Origin: Raillietiella orientalis
Lineage: Eukaryota
DNA length: 64,000 nt
Assembly (NCBI GenBank): GCA_036172245.1
Contig: JAYWIR010000006.1
Coordinates: 3,162,001 to 3,226,000 of the forward strand
Direction: 5' to 3'
The notes under the pieces are model-generated. The model did not search any database, had not been told where the DNA came from, and saw nothing but the letters and a program-made list of their open reading frames with translations. Shown here piece after piece: positions 12,930-24,959 of this stretch (within the stretch, counting starts at the first letter, position 1; every line of letters begins with the position of its first letter). The translations under genes and the position numbers were made by a program.

Positions 12930-12999
12930 GTAGGTGGCGACGGCTGCGTGTGACCCTCCTTCCTCGCCCCATTCCCCTGTGGCGCTTTCGTATTGGTCC

Positions 13000-14250
13000 C
13001 TGCCGGGAGTGGCAGAAAAGGCAGAAGCGGCGGTGCCAACCCAGGTAGCGACCCGGGAGGACCTCAATGCGGAGCTTCAGAGGGCCGTGAGAGGGGGGTT
13101 GACCTGGGACCCTCCGTGCGTCCGAGCAAGAAGGAGGGCAACCGGAGGGCTGGGGCCCGTCTCAGGCCGGTCGGCAGCAGCCACTGGAGAGCGTTCGCAA
13201 CTGCAGCGTTCCATCCTATGCCGGATGATGCTTCATCAGCTCCTGCAGCCTCTGCAACAATTCCCACCTCCTCGCAGGCAGGGTGTGTGTGTGGCAGTCA
13301 CTTGCCCTTCCTTCCTCCCCTGCAGCTTGGTGCACTCTCCGTCCTTCAGGGGTGGTTAGGATAGGGGGACGGGGAGAAGCACATGTGCCACCTCTTCGGC
13401 AAACCACGCGAAGGCTCCGAAACAATTCCTCCGGTCACTCCCTCTGACCTGCTCCTTGTCTCTGGACGGTGGGCGAGAACTTCCTTTGGCCTGGAGGCAG
13501 ACATGCGGGGATACACCCGCCCCACCACCCTGAAGCACTTCTGGCTTGCGGGGCAGGTGCCTCCCTCTCCTGGCTCTCTCCCTGAACGATGTGTCTCTGT
13601 GGGATCCTGCGGGAAGCAGAGGTGTGCCCCTGCCGTTCTGAGCTCCTCGCTGCGACCGGAAGCGGACGTATTCCAAGCTCCGCCAGAACGAGCCTTCATC
13701 CCTCCCCCGCTTCTCTCCTCCTGTAGAGCGGGAGAGGCCTCACGAAGAATCGCCATCCGGAGGAAAAGGGGAATGACCTCGTGTCCTGGCAACGCAGTCC
13801 GCTACGGCTCGGCAACAACATTGTTTCTGCCGCGCCTCAGCTACGAGACTGAGGCGCGGCAGCAACAATGCGGGATAACAATGAAAGGAGAAGCAGACAC
13901 GAAGAGGCAACAATGCAGCAAAACCCTAGCGACGACAGTTGCGTGGAAACGGAGAAACAAGAGTACGGAGGGTGTGCCAGTCTTGCGGCTCTGGACGCGT
14001 TTCTTGAGCTCCTTTCGGCATGCCCCGCTGCCCCTAGCACCCCGGTACCTCAGACTGAGGCAAGAGAAGCGACCTCCTACACTCACCTGCCACCCTGAGG
14101 GCATCCAAGGGCGCGCGGGACCAGCGCGCTGGACACATCCTCACTCCTTCGAGGACGCGAGCTGCTCAGGTCGTGCAGATGAAATTTGCAATCGATGCCC
14201 GGACTCCCGGTCCCCGCAGTACGTGTCAGGAGGATCCACAGCCCCAATTA
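13000..14250 (+). mobile_element. Decayed R1/LOA-like RT fragment
   Basis: Within ORF 13383-14264: ATTLFLPRLSYETEA...KRQQCSKTLATTVAWKRRNKSTEGVPVL, resembling the RT C-terminal pattern Y.T.F.P.L.Y...W...QR..L..I..A.RT.STEA..VL. Confidence 0.6.
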
Positions 14251-15299
14251 AGGACGGGAATTAAAAAGAAGTTCTGCATATATCTGCATGCAGATGCAAA
14301 GGAGAGCGCCCTCTCGCCATTAATTGCTGTCGGGGAGGGTGTGGGTCGCATCCGGATCAGGGGAGTACGAATGCTTGCGAAAGAAACAAGAAAAGAGGGA
14401 CGGAGAGGGAACGAATTCCTGTTCCTGAGGATCAGCATCCATAGTATTCGCTACCACAACCCGGATGACTCAGATGCCTATATCCCTTCCCCCCTCCCCT
14501 CCCTCCCTCCACGTTGTCCGGATACCTTCCAGAACGACGCAGTGCGCTATTTTTTCCGTTTGCGCATCCAAGACCTTGGGGGCAGCAAACCCGCAGAGCG
14601 TCAAAGCATGCCGCCTTGTCCTCAAAGAGTGCCGAGGTGGAGAGAGGGCAGAGAGCGGACTGCGATTCGCTCTGACCCGCGAGCCGACCACGCCTGCGGC
14701 TCAGCCGTCACCCAGCGACTTACACGGCACACGCGTTTTCCATGGCGAGTCTCTTTCCAGTGCGCGTAACGAACGTCCGCTTTCCAGCAACAACCGCGCA
14801 GCGACTGCTTCTTGCAAAAACACCGTGGGTTCGGGAACCAGTCGCAAAAATCGTCAGCGGCGGCGCTCAGCCAACATGCTCTCCATGGAGAACGCGCGGT
14901 AATAGGGAAAAAAAAAAGAACAGTAAAGGGGCGATGGACATGCCTACCCTGTCGTGTCCCTTCCCAGCGTATCTTTGCGCTTGCGCGCGGTCCGCCGCAG
15001 CATCCGAGAGCGCATCCTCCTCCTCTGCTTCTCCGCGTTTCGTTTCAAGGTGGATCCGCCTGCCCCGTGTGCTACGGCGCCTTGCCGATCTGGTTGGGTT
15101 GAGCGCACATGGAAGCGCCACCTCCGCTCACTCGGTCTCGAGGGAGGAAGCCCTTCCGTCCCTGCTGTGCCGACGGGGAGCCGCTGTAGGCTCCCGGGGG
15201 TCTCAGTGCTCCTGGAAAGCCTTGGAGAGGTTGCCGCTCTCAGGGTCAACTTCGGTCTTCCTCTCGCGCTGGGGTTCCCGTGGAGCGCTTCGCAGCCAC

Positions 15300-16100
15300 C
15301 TCCGCAGGGGAAGAGGCAAGGGGAAGGAACGGCGTCCTCTCCCCTCCAAGGGCTGGTGACGGAGGCGTCGAAGAAAGGGAAGGGGCAGGAAAAAAGGAAT
15401 AATCTCCAACCCGAATGAGCACCTCGCCTAGGCAGCACCGTCGTTGCCTCTCTCCACTACTGCTGACCTGTCCCGCTTCCAAGAACTCCTCCTCCTCCCT
15501 CCCTCTCGGAATCTGAGGAACCTACAAACAGGAAAGGAAGAAATGCGGGGAACCGGCACTGGAGGGATGACCGCGTCCATCCCCTTCGAAGGGGGATAAG
15601 GCTGGCGGGGGTGGGAGTAGACGTCGAGGCATGCATCGAGAAGGAGCGGGACGCGGACCTGGAGCGAGCACAGCGGAGATGCAGGCGTCGAAGAGGGTGG
15701 ACGGGGAGGGAGCGAGGGAAGAGTCCCAACGTGCGCCCGGGCCGCTCGGGAGCGGCGCTCATCTTCTGCTTCTATGCAGTCATCCGTTGCTAAGGCACTT
15801 CCGCATTGTTGCTGCTCTCCTCATTGTTAACCTGAGTTGTCTTCCATTGTTTTCCTCGCGCCTGGTTTCAGTGTTGCCCTCTCCTCCGAAGAGCAGAGGA
15901 TCCTTCGGCTGTAAGAGACTCCCACGCGTTCCCATCTCTCTCGACCACTCCCCACGGGCTACCACCACCCCCTCCTGGGAAGGAGGAGCCACTCTCTCTT
16001 TCCTTCGCTCCCGCTTTGCCCGCATGTCCTCTCGTCCCTAGCGTGCCATTCCCCTTTCCCTCCTCCCTCTGCAGGTTCCCTGGAAGTGGCCGCGACGCGT
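15300..16100 (-). mobile_element. Possible decayed non-LTR RT fragment
   Basis: LLQPKDPLLFGGEG...QLRLTMRRAATMRKCLSNG resembles P.LLYG.E.W...L...QR...R.I; weak. Confidence 0.35.
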
Positions 16101-16490
16101 TCCCATCCTGAGGGGCAGCTGCCGGCGGTCTCCCGGGGGAAACCTTCCTTCCTTCCCCTCCTCCTCCGCCTTTCCGGTTTAGGGAACCCAAGGCGCGACT
16201 CGCGCCGGTGGCGGAAAGGCACAGCATCCCCGCACTTGCCGCCATGGCGACGAGTGCGGGGAGTGATGGGTCACGGAAGCGAAAACGATGGCGGTGATGA
16301 AAAGGGGAGGGAGGAGAGGAGAGGGAGGAGAACGGGAAAAGGGGGCGGAAGTGGGAGGAGGGACGAGGAGAGAAGACAAGGTGGTGAGCGGACCTTCCCT
16401 ACCCGGGCACCCGGCAGCGTCCTACCTAATGGCTGCGCACTGGCAGCTGCGCGCGATCTGCTTTTCTTCTGCCTCTCTCCTCTTCCCTCT

Positions 16491-16565
16491 TCTTCACCCC
16501 CTCCTCCTCCTCCCTCCTCCTCCTCTTCACCCCCTCCTCCTCCTCCCTCCTCCTCCTCTTCCCCC
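16491..16565. repeat. 33-bp tandem duplication inside a (TCC)n low-complexity tract
   Basis: tcttcaccccctcctcctcctccctcctcctcc occurs twice in tandem. Confidence 0.85.
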
Positions 16566-17199
16566 CCTCTATCCCTCCCTCTCTTTCTTTTCCCCCTCCC
16601 GTTTCCAGGCAACCGCCATTCCCGCTAACATCTGTTCCCCTCGCCGCCTCACAGCTCGCTGATGTCGATCAAGGTCACGGTGCCACGGGGGCGCTTCCTC
16701 CCAGGATTCCTCCCGGCGCCGCTTCTCCTTCCTGGGCGCGCCCTTCCTCCCCCTCCTCCCCGAGGGAGCAAAGCTCTCGCTCGAGCCGAGCCTGCCGCCA
16801 GGCGGCGGCGCGACGACGACGGCTTTTCGGCACTCGGGTTGTCGCGACGACGGCGACGCTGGAGAGGAACGGGGGAGCAAGAGGAGAAACCTGCGGCAGG
16901 GGTTAGGAGCTCCTCGAAAGACCCTTTTTCCTACCTCCTCCCACCCCCCCCGTAGTCCCGTTCCCTTGGAAACAGGGAAGAAACTGGTTTGGTTACCGTA
17001 AATGCGAAAGCGATCTCCCAGAGGAACAGCCGCTTCCTCCCCCCTTCCTCCTCTCCCTCATCTCTCTCGCTTCGCCACAGCCACCCTTTTTCGCTTCCAT
17101 GCTCTGTCGCCGTGACAACGGGGGGTGGGTGAGGTGTCGGTAGGAGACACGGTGGCGGTGAGAAGTGGTAGCGCTCAGGTAGGTCAAGGGAGGACCAGG

Positions 17200-18000
17200 A
17201 GCGCGTGACCATCGATGCGTTCGGGGGCAGGCGGCATGGAGCGTCGGTCCGGTTCGGGTCGATCCACGACGGCCCCGTGTCGAACGCCTCGTCTTCCCGA
17301 CTGCGCAGGCAGAGTCAGCGGCTTCCCTGAGGCGGTAGCACTCCGTCCCTCCGAGGGAGGGCGCCGAATCCCCAGGCCACGGAGTCACGTGCACCGGTCG
17401 ACGCCACACCCTCCTTCCGAGGCAGTGAGGGGATCGCGGCGATGCGGCCGCGCGAGAGGTGGCCCCAGAGGGAAGGGCGGCGGCCAAGAGAAGGACGAAA
17501 CGGTGGCGCTGGTGGCGGCCTTGGCGACGATGAGAGCCGTGGCGATGAGGAGGCGACGGAGCGGTCCGACGTCATCTGTCGCTGCTTCCGATGGTGGCGC
17601 TGCTGCCGCTGACGGCAGTGGTCGCGATCGTGTTGGCGACCGTGGCGGAGATGGGGAGGAAGGAAGGGGAGCAGGAGGGCAACACCCTTACGACGCCTTC
17701 CCTTTCGAAGGGCTCCTGGAAGGAACCTCCCTGGGCGGTCCCCTTCGCCGAGGACCGCGACCTCTGAGTGATCAGCGCTGCTTACCCAGGGGAGGTCTAG
17801 AGGGCTCTCACCGGCGGGGGCGAGGGGGCGTGGTCGCGTGCAGTACTGACGGCCATGGGAGACGTCGCTGCCACCGCAGTCGGCGGCCACGAAAAAGGGA
17901 GGCATGGCTGCAACTGCACCGCCGACAAGCCCTCGGGAGCTGCAGAGGTCGCATGGTGACCGCGAGGGTGGCATGTTCTCCCTTTCCTTTTCTCCATGCC
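17200..18000 (+). mobile_element. Possible 3' end of a decayed R1-like ORF2 (GHG + CCHC-like region)
   Basis: STDGHG followed, after a frameshift, by HGCNC...WHVLPF, like LTGHG...C.C...HVL..C. Confidence 0.35.
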
Positions 18001-18899
18001 CCCTTCGCCGCTCGCAGCCCCCCAGTATGAGGAAGGGCGAGTTCCGTGGCTCCCCGGCGCTGATCCGGGGAGACGGCGAATGCGGTGGCGGCCCAGGAAA
18101 GCGGAGGAGCAGGGGGAGAGGGAAAAAAAAACGGTAGGGGCGAGGAGAGAAGGGGGGGGGGGTCCGGAGATGGGAGAGCGGGAGAAGGGGGAAGAGGGCG
18201 GGCAGGTGTGGGTCGTTGCCACACGAGCACTCTCGCCCGCACGCGGAAGTCCTCCGCGCGCCAGGTGTCATCTGCGCGCGCACGTTTTTTCCCCTCTCTC
18301 AGGTCGCCCTTGGCGCGAGGTGGCGGCGCATCTACTGCTGGGCGGCCTCACCTCCTTCCGTTCGAGTGGAGGAGGAGAGACGATCCCTCCTCCCCCATTC
18401 CTCTCGAGGACCAGGCGGCGTCCATTTTCCGTCCTTCCGGAAGGCGGCAGCAGCGGCTGCAGGCCGCTCTGACCTCTGGAGGAGGAGCAGCGGGCGCGTC
18501 CCGGGACCACCCACATCTGCTTGGTGCCTAGGAAACCTCGAGGTGAGGGAAAGGCTCCTTTCGAGATCCGTGGGGACCTCTCCGCTCGGGGCAGACCACG
18601 AGTTCCACCCTCGTCCCTCTCGCAGGGTGGTCAGCTCCGCGCCAGCGGCTCGAAGACGGGAGTGCCAATCCCGAAGGAGAGCCTCCGGAGCGGTCCCGAG
18701 GGAGTTGCTCTCGAGGGCAGGCAGTTCCCAGCCCGCGGTCTCAGCCGCTCGGAGACGCTGGGCGGAGTCTTTCTGCCCAGAGACGCAGTGCCGCAGGCAG
18801 GGAGGAGGCCAGTGATCGAGCAAGAAGGAGGACAATGGAATGTAAGGGGCGGAAGGGTCCCTCAGGGGTCTCCCCGGTCGCCCTCGAGCAGCAGTTCCT

Positions 18900-21400
18900 G
18901 GACCCACGCGCTAGCTCCTCTCCCCTGCTTTACCCGAACTTCCCTCCGGCAGGTGGCAGTAGCTGCAGCGCGCAGACAGAGAGCGCCCCCTCCCCTCCTT
19001 CCCCATCTGGCACCGGGAGGGCGACGAGCAGACCCGCCCACCCGACCCATCCCCTGACCCCGGGCCCATGGCAAAGGCCCGGCACCCTACGAAAAGGGGA
19101 GGAACCGCTTGAACGCGACCTCCGATCTCTCCCCTCATGGACCCCATCCCTCTCTCGACCCATTGACTCTGCCTCTCTTGGGGTTGACGTCCCCGCGTGG
19201 AGTAAGGGGTCATTCGCTGACCCCCACCTTTTCCTCAGCGCTACTGCCTTCCTGGAAGGGGGTTCGCCCTTCGACCCTTGCGTGAGCCACGCCCCCAGGG
19301 AGAGCCGCATCTTCGCCTCATCTTCCGGCTGTAAGGCGCTTCTGACCACCAGACGATCGTAAGGTGATTGAGGAGGGGAGGATGGGGTCCAAGGGAGGAC
19401 TAGACCTTCCTCTGCTCCATACTCCGCAAGGTCCCTTTGAAAGCCGTGAGCGCGACCCCACCGGACCGGACTCGACCCCGGCAAGGAGCAGCAGCAGGAC
19501 TGGGTTGTGTCCGCGGCAGCACCCTTGACGATGCCCCCCGGGAGCTTCTCGTCGAAATGCCCACCCATCGGAGCTCACTGGTCGCCCTGGGCCGGCCATC
19601 TGGAGTCTCTGGAGCGAGCAGCAGCAGCAGCCGAGATGGAAGAGAATCCCAACTTCCGCCATTTCTCCTCCTCCCCCTTCCTCCTTTTCTTCCCCCTTCC
19701 CCTTCTTCCCTTCTTTCCTTTCTTGCCCCATTCCGGAGTCCTCCAAGTCCTCTGGATAGCGGAGCGACCTCTGTCCCTGGGCACCTCCTCTCCGGCCGGG
19801 AGAAACGTCTACTGGCGCTGAAATGCGCCTCCGGAATCTCCTGAAGACGGGAGCGCACTGTCGGGAGAGGGACACGGAAGTGACGTCCGCTGCCACTCAA
19901 GCGAGCGCCAGTCCACCAAGTTGAGGAGATCGACGACCTAGGTGCCCAGAAGACCCTCGGGCTGTCCTCAGGAGTGGGAGGAGAGGGGTGCACTCTGAGA
20001 GCGACGCACCCCTTCCGCGCGCCGCGGGATGTTTTGCAAGTCGCCTCGGCAACGGGGTTACCTGAGTTGCTAGAGTGCCTGCCCGCCTTCCTCGGTGGCC
20101 GCCATCTTTTCGTCTTCCGGTGGCCGGCGGTGGGCGAGGGTGCAATGAGATCAGCCGGGGGCTCAGAGGAGATTCCGATCCTCCCGCGCTCAGGGTTGAC
20201 GCGGAGACTTGCAGGGCAAGGAAGGGGGTGGTCCCAGGTGACGGCGAGGAGCCTTTTGTCTATCCTGTGCCCCATGATATCAGCAGCATCTGCCCGCGAG
20301 TCCTCACGGCAGGTGGCAGCGCACTGTCCCCTGGTGCCCTGGAAAGTGGCCCCTCCATCATGAGGCTTGGGACACTCCTGTCAGGGACCAGTGACCGGCG
20401 CATACGAAAGGAGACCCTCGGAAGGCAATGAGCCTTTTCTTAGGGGGTGCCTGCAGGAGAGAGGCCCTCAGTCGTCCTCGGGAAGCCACTGCCCGCAAAG
20501 GTCGACCGGAGTGAGCCACGGGAGAGCCATCCTTCCCTAGTCGAGGGACGACAAAAGAGCCACCCTAGCTGCGCTAACGAGGACAGGGTCCCCATGTTCT
20601 CGCTGGGGGAGCACCCTCTGCAAACGCGCGAGTGTGGTATCCCTGTTACTCTCAGCGGCATCACATTGTCCAGGAGAGCCGCGATGCCGCCAGAAGGCAG
20701 TGCCCTCGTTGCCTGAGCCGCCTCTATCGTAGGAGTTGGAGATCTGCTCGAAGGGATTGGAAGGGGTCCAAGAGAGCCACCGTCCTCTGCTCAATGCAGC
20801 GCTTGGTGCATCTGAAAATACGTGAAAGTGGAAAGGAAGAATGGAAGGGTATAGGATGAAGAAGAGGAAGAAGTGAGGAGGAGGAAGGGAGGAAGAGAAG
20901 GAAGGGAGGAGGAAGAAGAGGAGCAAGAGAGAACGGGATGAAGGAGAAAAGGTGCGACCTCGAAATCGCGGGGCGTGGCTTCAGTCGGTCGGATGGTCTG
21001 GGTCCATACCGGATGCCTCCCGTTTTCGATCGCGCTGACGCCCTTCTGCGGTCTCCAGACGTCGCGAGCAGTAAAGCGTGGGTCCAGGTGCTCGAGATGG
21101 TCGGGCGGACCGACCTGCCGTCCACGGCGGGGCAGGCGGCTTCCGGAAGCGCGCAGGTCGCTCGCCATCATCCTACTGAGGAGCAGAGGCGAGGAAGGCG
21201 GTGCGTGCGGCGGCTGCTTGGCTCCACCGCATCGGTTGGAGCCCCCGGTCACCGCGCCCACGGGAGGGCGGGTCCCTCCGTACCAACCGGATCACGCGCC
21301 GGGATCTCCTCTGTTCGTCGAGCGCACCTGCAGAGCGAGGCGGCGTGCCGACGGGAGACACGGAGCGCCCGACCAACGGGCGCCTAGTGCGGCCAAAACA
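18900..21400 (-). mobile_element. Decayed R1/LOA-like RT, longest relic in the window
   Basis: In order on minus: LDPRFTARDV..SAIENG/ASGMD (PFT..EV...KAPG.D-like); RVCRGCSPSENMGTL (RGCPQGS.LGP-like); IMGHRIDKRLLAVTWDH (LG..ID.RLTW..H); RAHGFQRDLAEYG (GHG.F...L-like). Confidence 0.6.
20865..21308. repeat. 444-bp inverted duplication, left arm
   Basis: Reverse complement matches 24513-24956 with 10 substitutions and no indels by manual comparison; the same peptide appears in ORFs 20938+ and 24413-. Confidence 0.95.
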
Positions 21401-21949
21401 AAGGCCACGTCGCGACAAAAAAGGAGGCGCTCGTGCTCGCCCGGTGCTGCACTCCTCCGTGTCACGTGCACGGCACGAGGCCAACTTCACACCGTGAGCG
21501 CTCATGCCCAGCGCTCCCGCAAGAGTGTCTCTGTCGTTTGCTGGAAGCAAGTAGTACGGAGTGTGTGGGGGGGGGGGGGGCTTGCCGGCGCCAGAAGTAC
21601 TGCGGAAGCGCTCAAGGGTAGTTTCCGTGCGTGTTTGCCCGCGGCGAAACGTGTCCAGGGTGCACCGAAAACACGTGCATCCCCCTAACTCCAGCTTTCG
21701 CAGAGGGTGGAAGAACTCTTCCTCCGTCGGAGGGCCGTCCTGAAAATGCGGTGGCGGGAAGCGGCCACCCATTCACGAGCGCGTCTTTGTTGCGTCACCG
21801 TCGCGAACAAACGGGTTGCCGTTGACGACCACGCGCGCCTTCCGCCGGTCTTGCGGACTGCGAGACGCGGAAGGCGCTGCAAGCACCACACCTCGGTGCA
21901 CAGCGTTCCATGCGCCAGCTTCGCGTCTTCGCCACCGGACCGTGCCAAC

Positions 21950-22400
21950 TGCACGTGTTCTCATGTTCCACATGCGTGCTCGGATCGTGGCAGCGCCGCA
22001 CGCAACGGACGCTTGCGCACCGATCTCTCCGAGCTCCCCTTGTCGCCGCCAGATGCAATCACGCGCTGCTATTATTGGAGCCGTAAGATGCATCTCGGAG
22101 AGCACGGTGGCCGGAAGCGATGGGTGCAGCGGTCAGTGTTCGGGCAGCGAGCACGAACGGAAGGCAGGAAAACCTTCGCAAAGAACTCAGGCGTGCACGG
22201 CAGGGCACCTCCTTGGCTCCACCCACAAGAACCAGATCGATGTTCTGCAGGATTCGGGAATTTGGTAGAGTGCAAGGCACCTCAGAAAGTAGGCCTGAAC
22301 GCTGGCTGCCGCTTTCCTGATCCCCACCGTTGGATCAGCGGCATCCCTTGCTGCTGCAGCTGCTTGAGGAATGGGGGGCGACAGAGAATCCATCATTCAA
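21950..22400 (+). mobile_element. Decayed DDE DNA-transposase fragment (Sola/EnSpm-like)
   Basis: SDGCSGQ (22116-22136), then LLGSTHKNQIDVLQDSGIW, then PHRWISGI; resembles SD.C.GQN...FL..GH....D..FG.I...P..W...I. Confidence 0.45.
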
Positions 22401-24512
22401 GGATCGCAGGTGGCCTTCTGCCGCCACCCTTGCTGCTCCCCAGCAGGCGAAGAAGCCAACTGCCGAAGAGTTTCTCGCTTTGCACGCCTTTCCGTAGCGT
22501 TCAAGAGGGCTGGGAAAAGCAAAAAAAACAACAGCACTGCAGGACGCGAAACTGAGAGGTGCTCATGCGGTACGGAGGAAGACGGCGCGGGAGCGTGCCG
22601 AGGGGCCCACGCGACGCAATGATGCCAACCCACTCGGCGGACCCTCAGCAATGGGAGTGCGAGCGAGGACGGCGTCTGCGGCCATTTTGCGAAAGGGAAG
22701 AAGAGCTACTGAAGGAACGCAGAGTCCTGGGACACGTGCGCGCATCCGCGTGCGCAGCTACAACGGAACGCATGCTATACTCACGCACACACGCACGCAC
22801 GCACGCACGCGTACGCTGGCTTGTGCGATTTCCTGCTTCTCAAATTACTCCGCAACAAACGAAGCGCGCGCGCAAAAAAAAAAAAAAAAAAAAAAAAAAG
22901 AAAGGACATGTATGTATATTCGTTCTTCATCATCATCCGCGGGAGTGCGCGCGTGCGTACCCGCGCGCGTATTTGTGTGCGTGCGTGCGCGCACGCGCGC
23001 GCGTGTTCTGAGGCGGGTGCGGAGAGAGAGAGAGAGAGAGCGAAGAAACGAAATCAGCCACACCATCTTTCAGAACCGTTTCAAGTACCTGCGCTACCAG
23101 ATGCCGTCTCTTCCCACGGAACCCAACGCACCAAGATAATCGGCAGTTGCCTACCTCGCAAACAGGATGCGAAACGTCGCGCATTCCCGGAGCAAGGGAT
23201 GCTGCAGCGTTTCGGAGCCGTACAGCAGCTCGCGGGCAAACAAGCTGTGGGAACTTGGGCACGCGAGGGCGCGCGCGCGCACTGGCTCGGGCCGCGGGCC
23301 GATTCCTCGGGGGTGGCGTGTCGCGTGCGTACGAAGCGCGCGCGCGTGGAAAAATGTACCGCGGCCCAGTGGTCACCTACTCTCTCTCTCCCCCCCCCCC
23401 ACCCCCACCCCCACCTCCGTGTCACGGATTCCTCGCTCCGGTCACTTGCCTCACGCGCGTGCGCACGGTGTGCCGGAGAGAGACGGAAGAGGAGGGAGGT
23501 CTGGGGGGGGGTGCGTTCTGCGTCGCTCGCGCGCGGTCCACGTTAGGGCGGCATCTTCACGCTTTTCCAGGCTTTCCTTCGTCCGCCGCGCGAACGCGGC
23601 GGCGCTTCCACAGTCTCGAGGTCATCCGGTGGCGCGATGAAGAAACCCAGCGTGATAAAGAATAAAGGATGGCGATAGGCGAAGAATTCCATTTGCGTTG
23701 CGCAAAACAAAAACAACGCGCGCACGGAAAAAATTCCCCTCCTCCTCCGCCTTCTCCTTCTTCTCCGGTGGCTGTCACAACACTCGCTCGGAAGTGGAGT
23801 CGAACGATGAGTTAACACGGGCAGCGGCGCTCCTCCACGTCCTTGTAGTGCCCACGGACGGCAGCGCCCAAGGGCATGGGACTCACTCCCGCCCCTTCCC
23901 CTGGCGTGCGGATGCCGGGAAAGGAGCAGAGCCGGACTCCGCCTGCTTCCTCCTCCTCCTCCTCTTCCTCTTCTGCTCCGGGATCCGTTACCGGAGCGTC
24001 CGCTCGGCCCTCTCGACGTGCGGTGGCGATGGCAGGGAAACACGGCCGTCGCCGGGCGGCGCGCACCTTGTTTGGGCGGGGGGGGAGAGGTGCGCAGCAC
24101 GTCCGGCGAGCTGAGCCCCGTCGGATGCTCCGTTCCTTGCTCCGTCGCGGCACCCCGGCGCACTCTCCGCCTCAGGATCACGAAGAGGTCGGGCAGGGTC
24201 GGTTAGGCTGCAAGGCTGCGGCCTCCTGAGCCGAGGGCGCCGGCCGAGGGCCGGGTGGTTCTTCAAACCGCGGAAAGATCAAAGGAAGGTCAACTCGCGC
24301 ATCTGTGAGTTTCTTGACGCTGTTGCGCGCACACGGCTAAGCTGACCATACGGACCCCTGCGTTCACACGCCTCACCTAAACTCCCCCCTAAACCGCTTT
24401 CCTCCCCTCCGTTCATCCTCCTCTTCCCTCTCCTCTCTTCCTCCTTTCCTCCTCCTTCCCTTCTTCTTCATCGTCGTTCTCCTCTTCCTTCATCCACCTC
24501 CTCTCCTCCTCC

Positions 24513-24956
24513 GAGATTCTGGCGCGCGATCCGGTTGGTACGGAGGGACCCGCCCTCCCGTGGGCGCGGTGACCGGGGGCTCCAACCGATGCGGTGGAGC
24601 CGAGCAGCCGCCGCACGCACCGCCTTCCTCGCCTCTGCTCCTCAGTAGGATGATGGCGAGCGACCTGCGCGCTTCCGGAAGCCGCCTGCCCCGCCGTGGA
24701 CGGCAGGTCGGTCCGCCCGACCATCTCGAGCACCTGGACCCACGCTTTACTGCTCGCGACGTCTGGAGACCGCAGAAGGGCGTCAGCGCGATCGAAAACG
24801 GGGGGCGTCCGGTATGGACCCAGACCATCCGACCAGCTGAAGCCACGCCCCGCGATTTCGAGGTCGCACCTTTTCTCCTTCATCCCGTTCTCTCTTGCTC
24901 CTCTTCTTCCTCCTCCCTTCCTTCTCTTCCTCGCTTCCTCCTCCTCCCTTCTTCCT
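24513..24956. repeat. 444-bp inverted duplication, right arm
   Basis: See left arm; this copy is bounded on both sides by pyrimidine-rich (TCC/TTC) tracts. Confidence 0.95.
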
Positions 24957-24959
24957 TCT

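Larger units (their letters stand above)
11500..12935. promoter_or_regulatory. CpG-island-like bidirectional promoter
   Basis: Very GC/CpG-rich; CCAAT at 11651, 12021, 12196 and ATTGG at 12532; CRE TGACGTCA 12177-12184; GC boxes; YY1-type motifs on both strands (GCCATCTT 12331-12338; ATGGCGGC ~12553); divergent splice donors (minus GTGAGT 12297-12292, plus GTAGGT 12930-12935). Confidence 0.65.

Noticed and set aside
10670..24510. Target-site preference of the R1-like elements for (GGA)n tracts
   Set aside because: Purine tracts flank some relics but also occur inside them (e.g. 19660-19720) and far from them, so slippage origin is simpler.
20865..24956. Intact DNA transposon with 444-bp TIRs
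   Set aside because: The arms derive from a decayed RT, their ends fade into low-complexity tracts with no visible TSD, and the internal transposase relic is far older than the arms.
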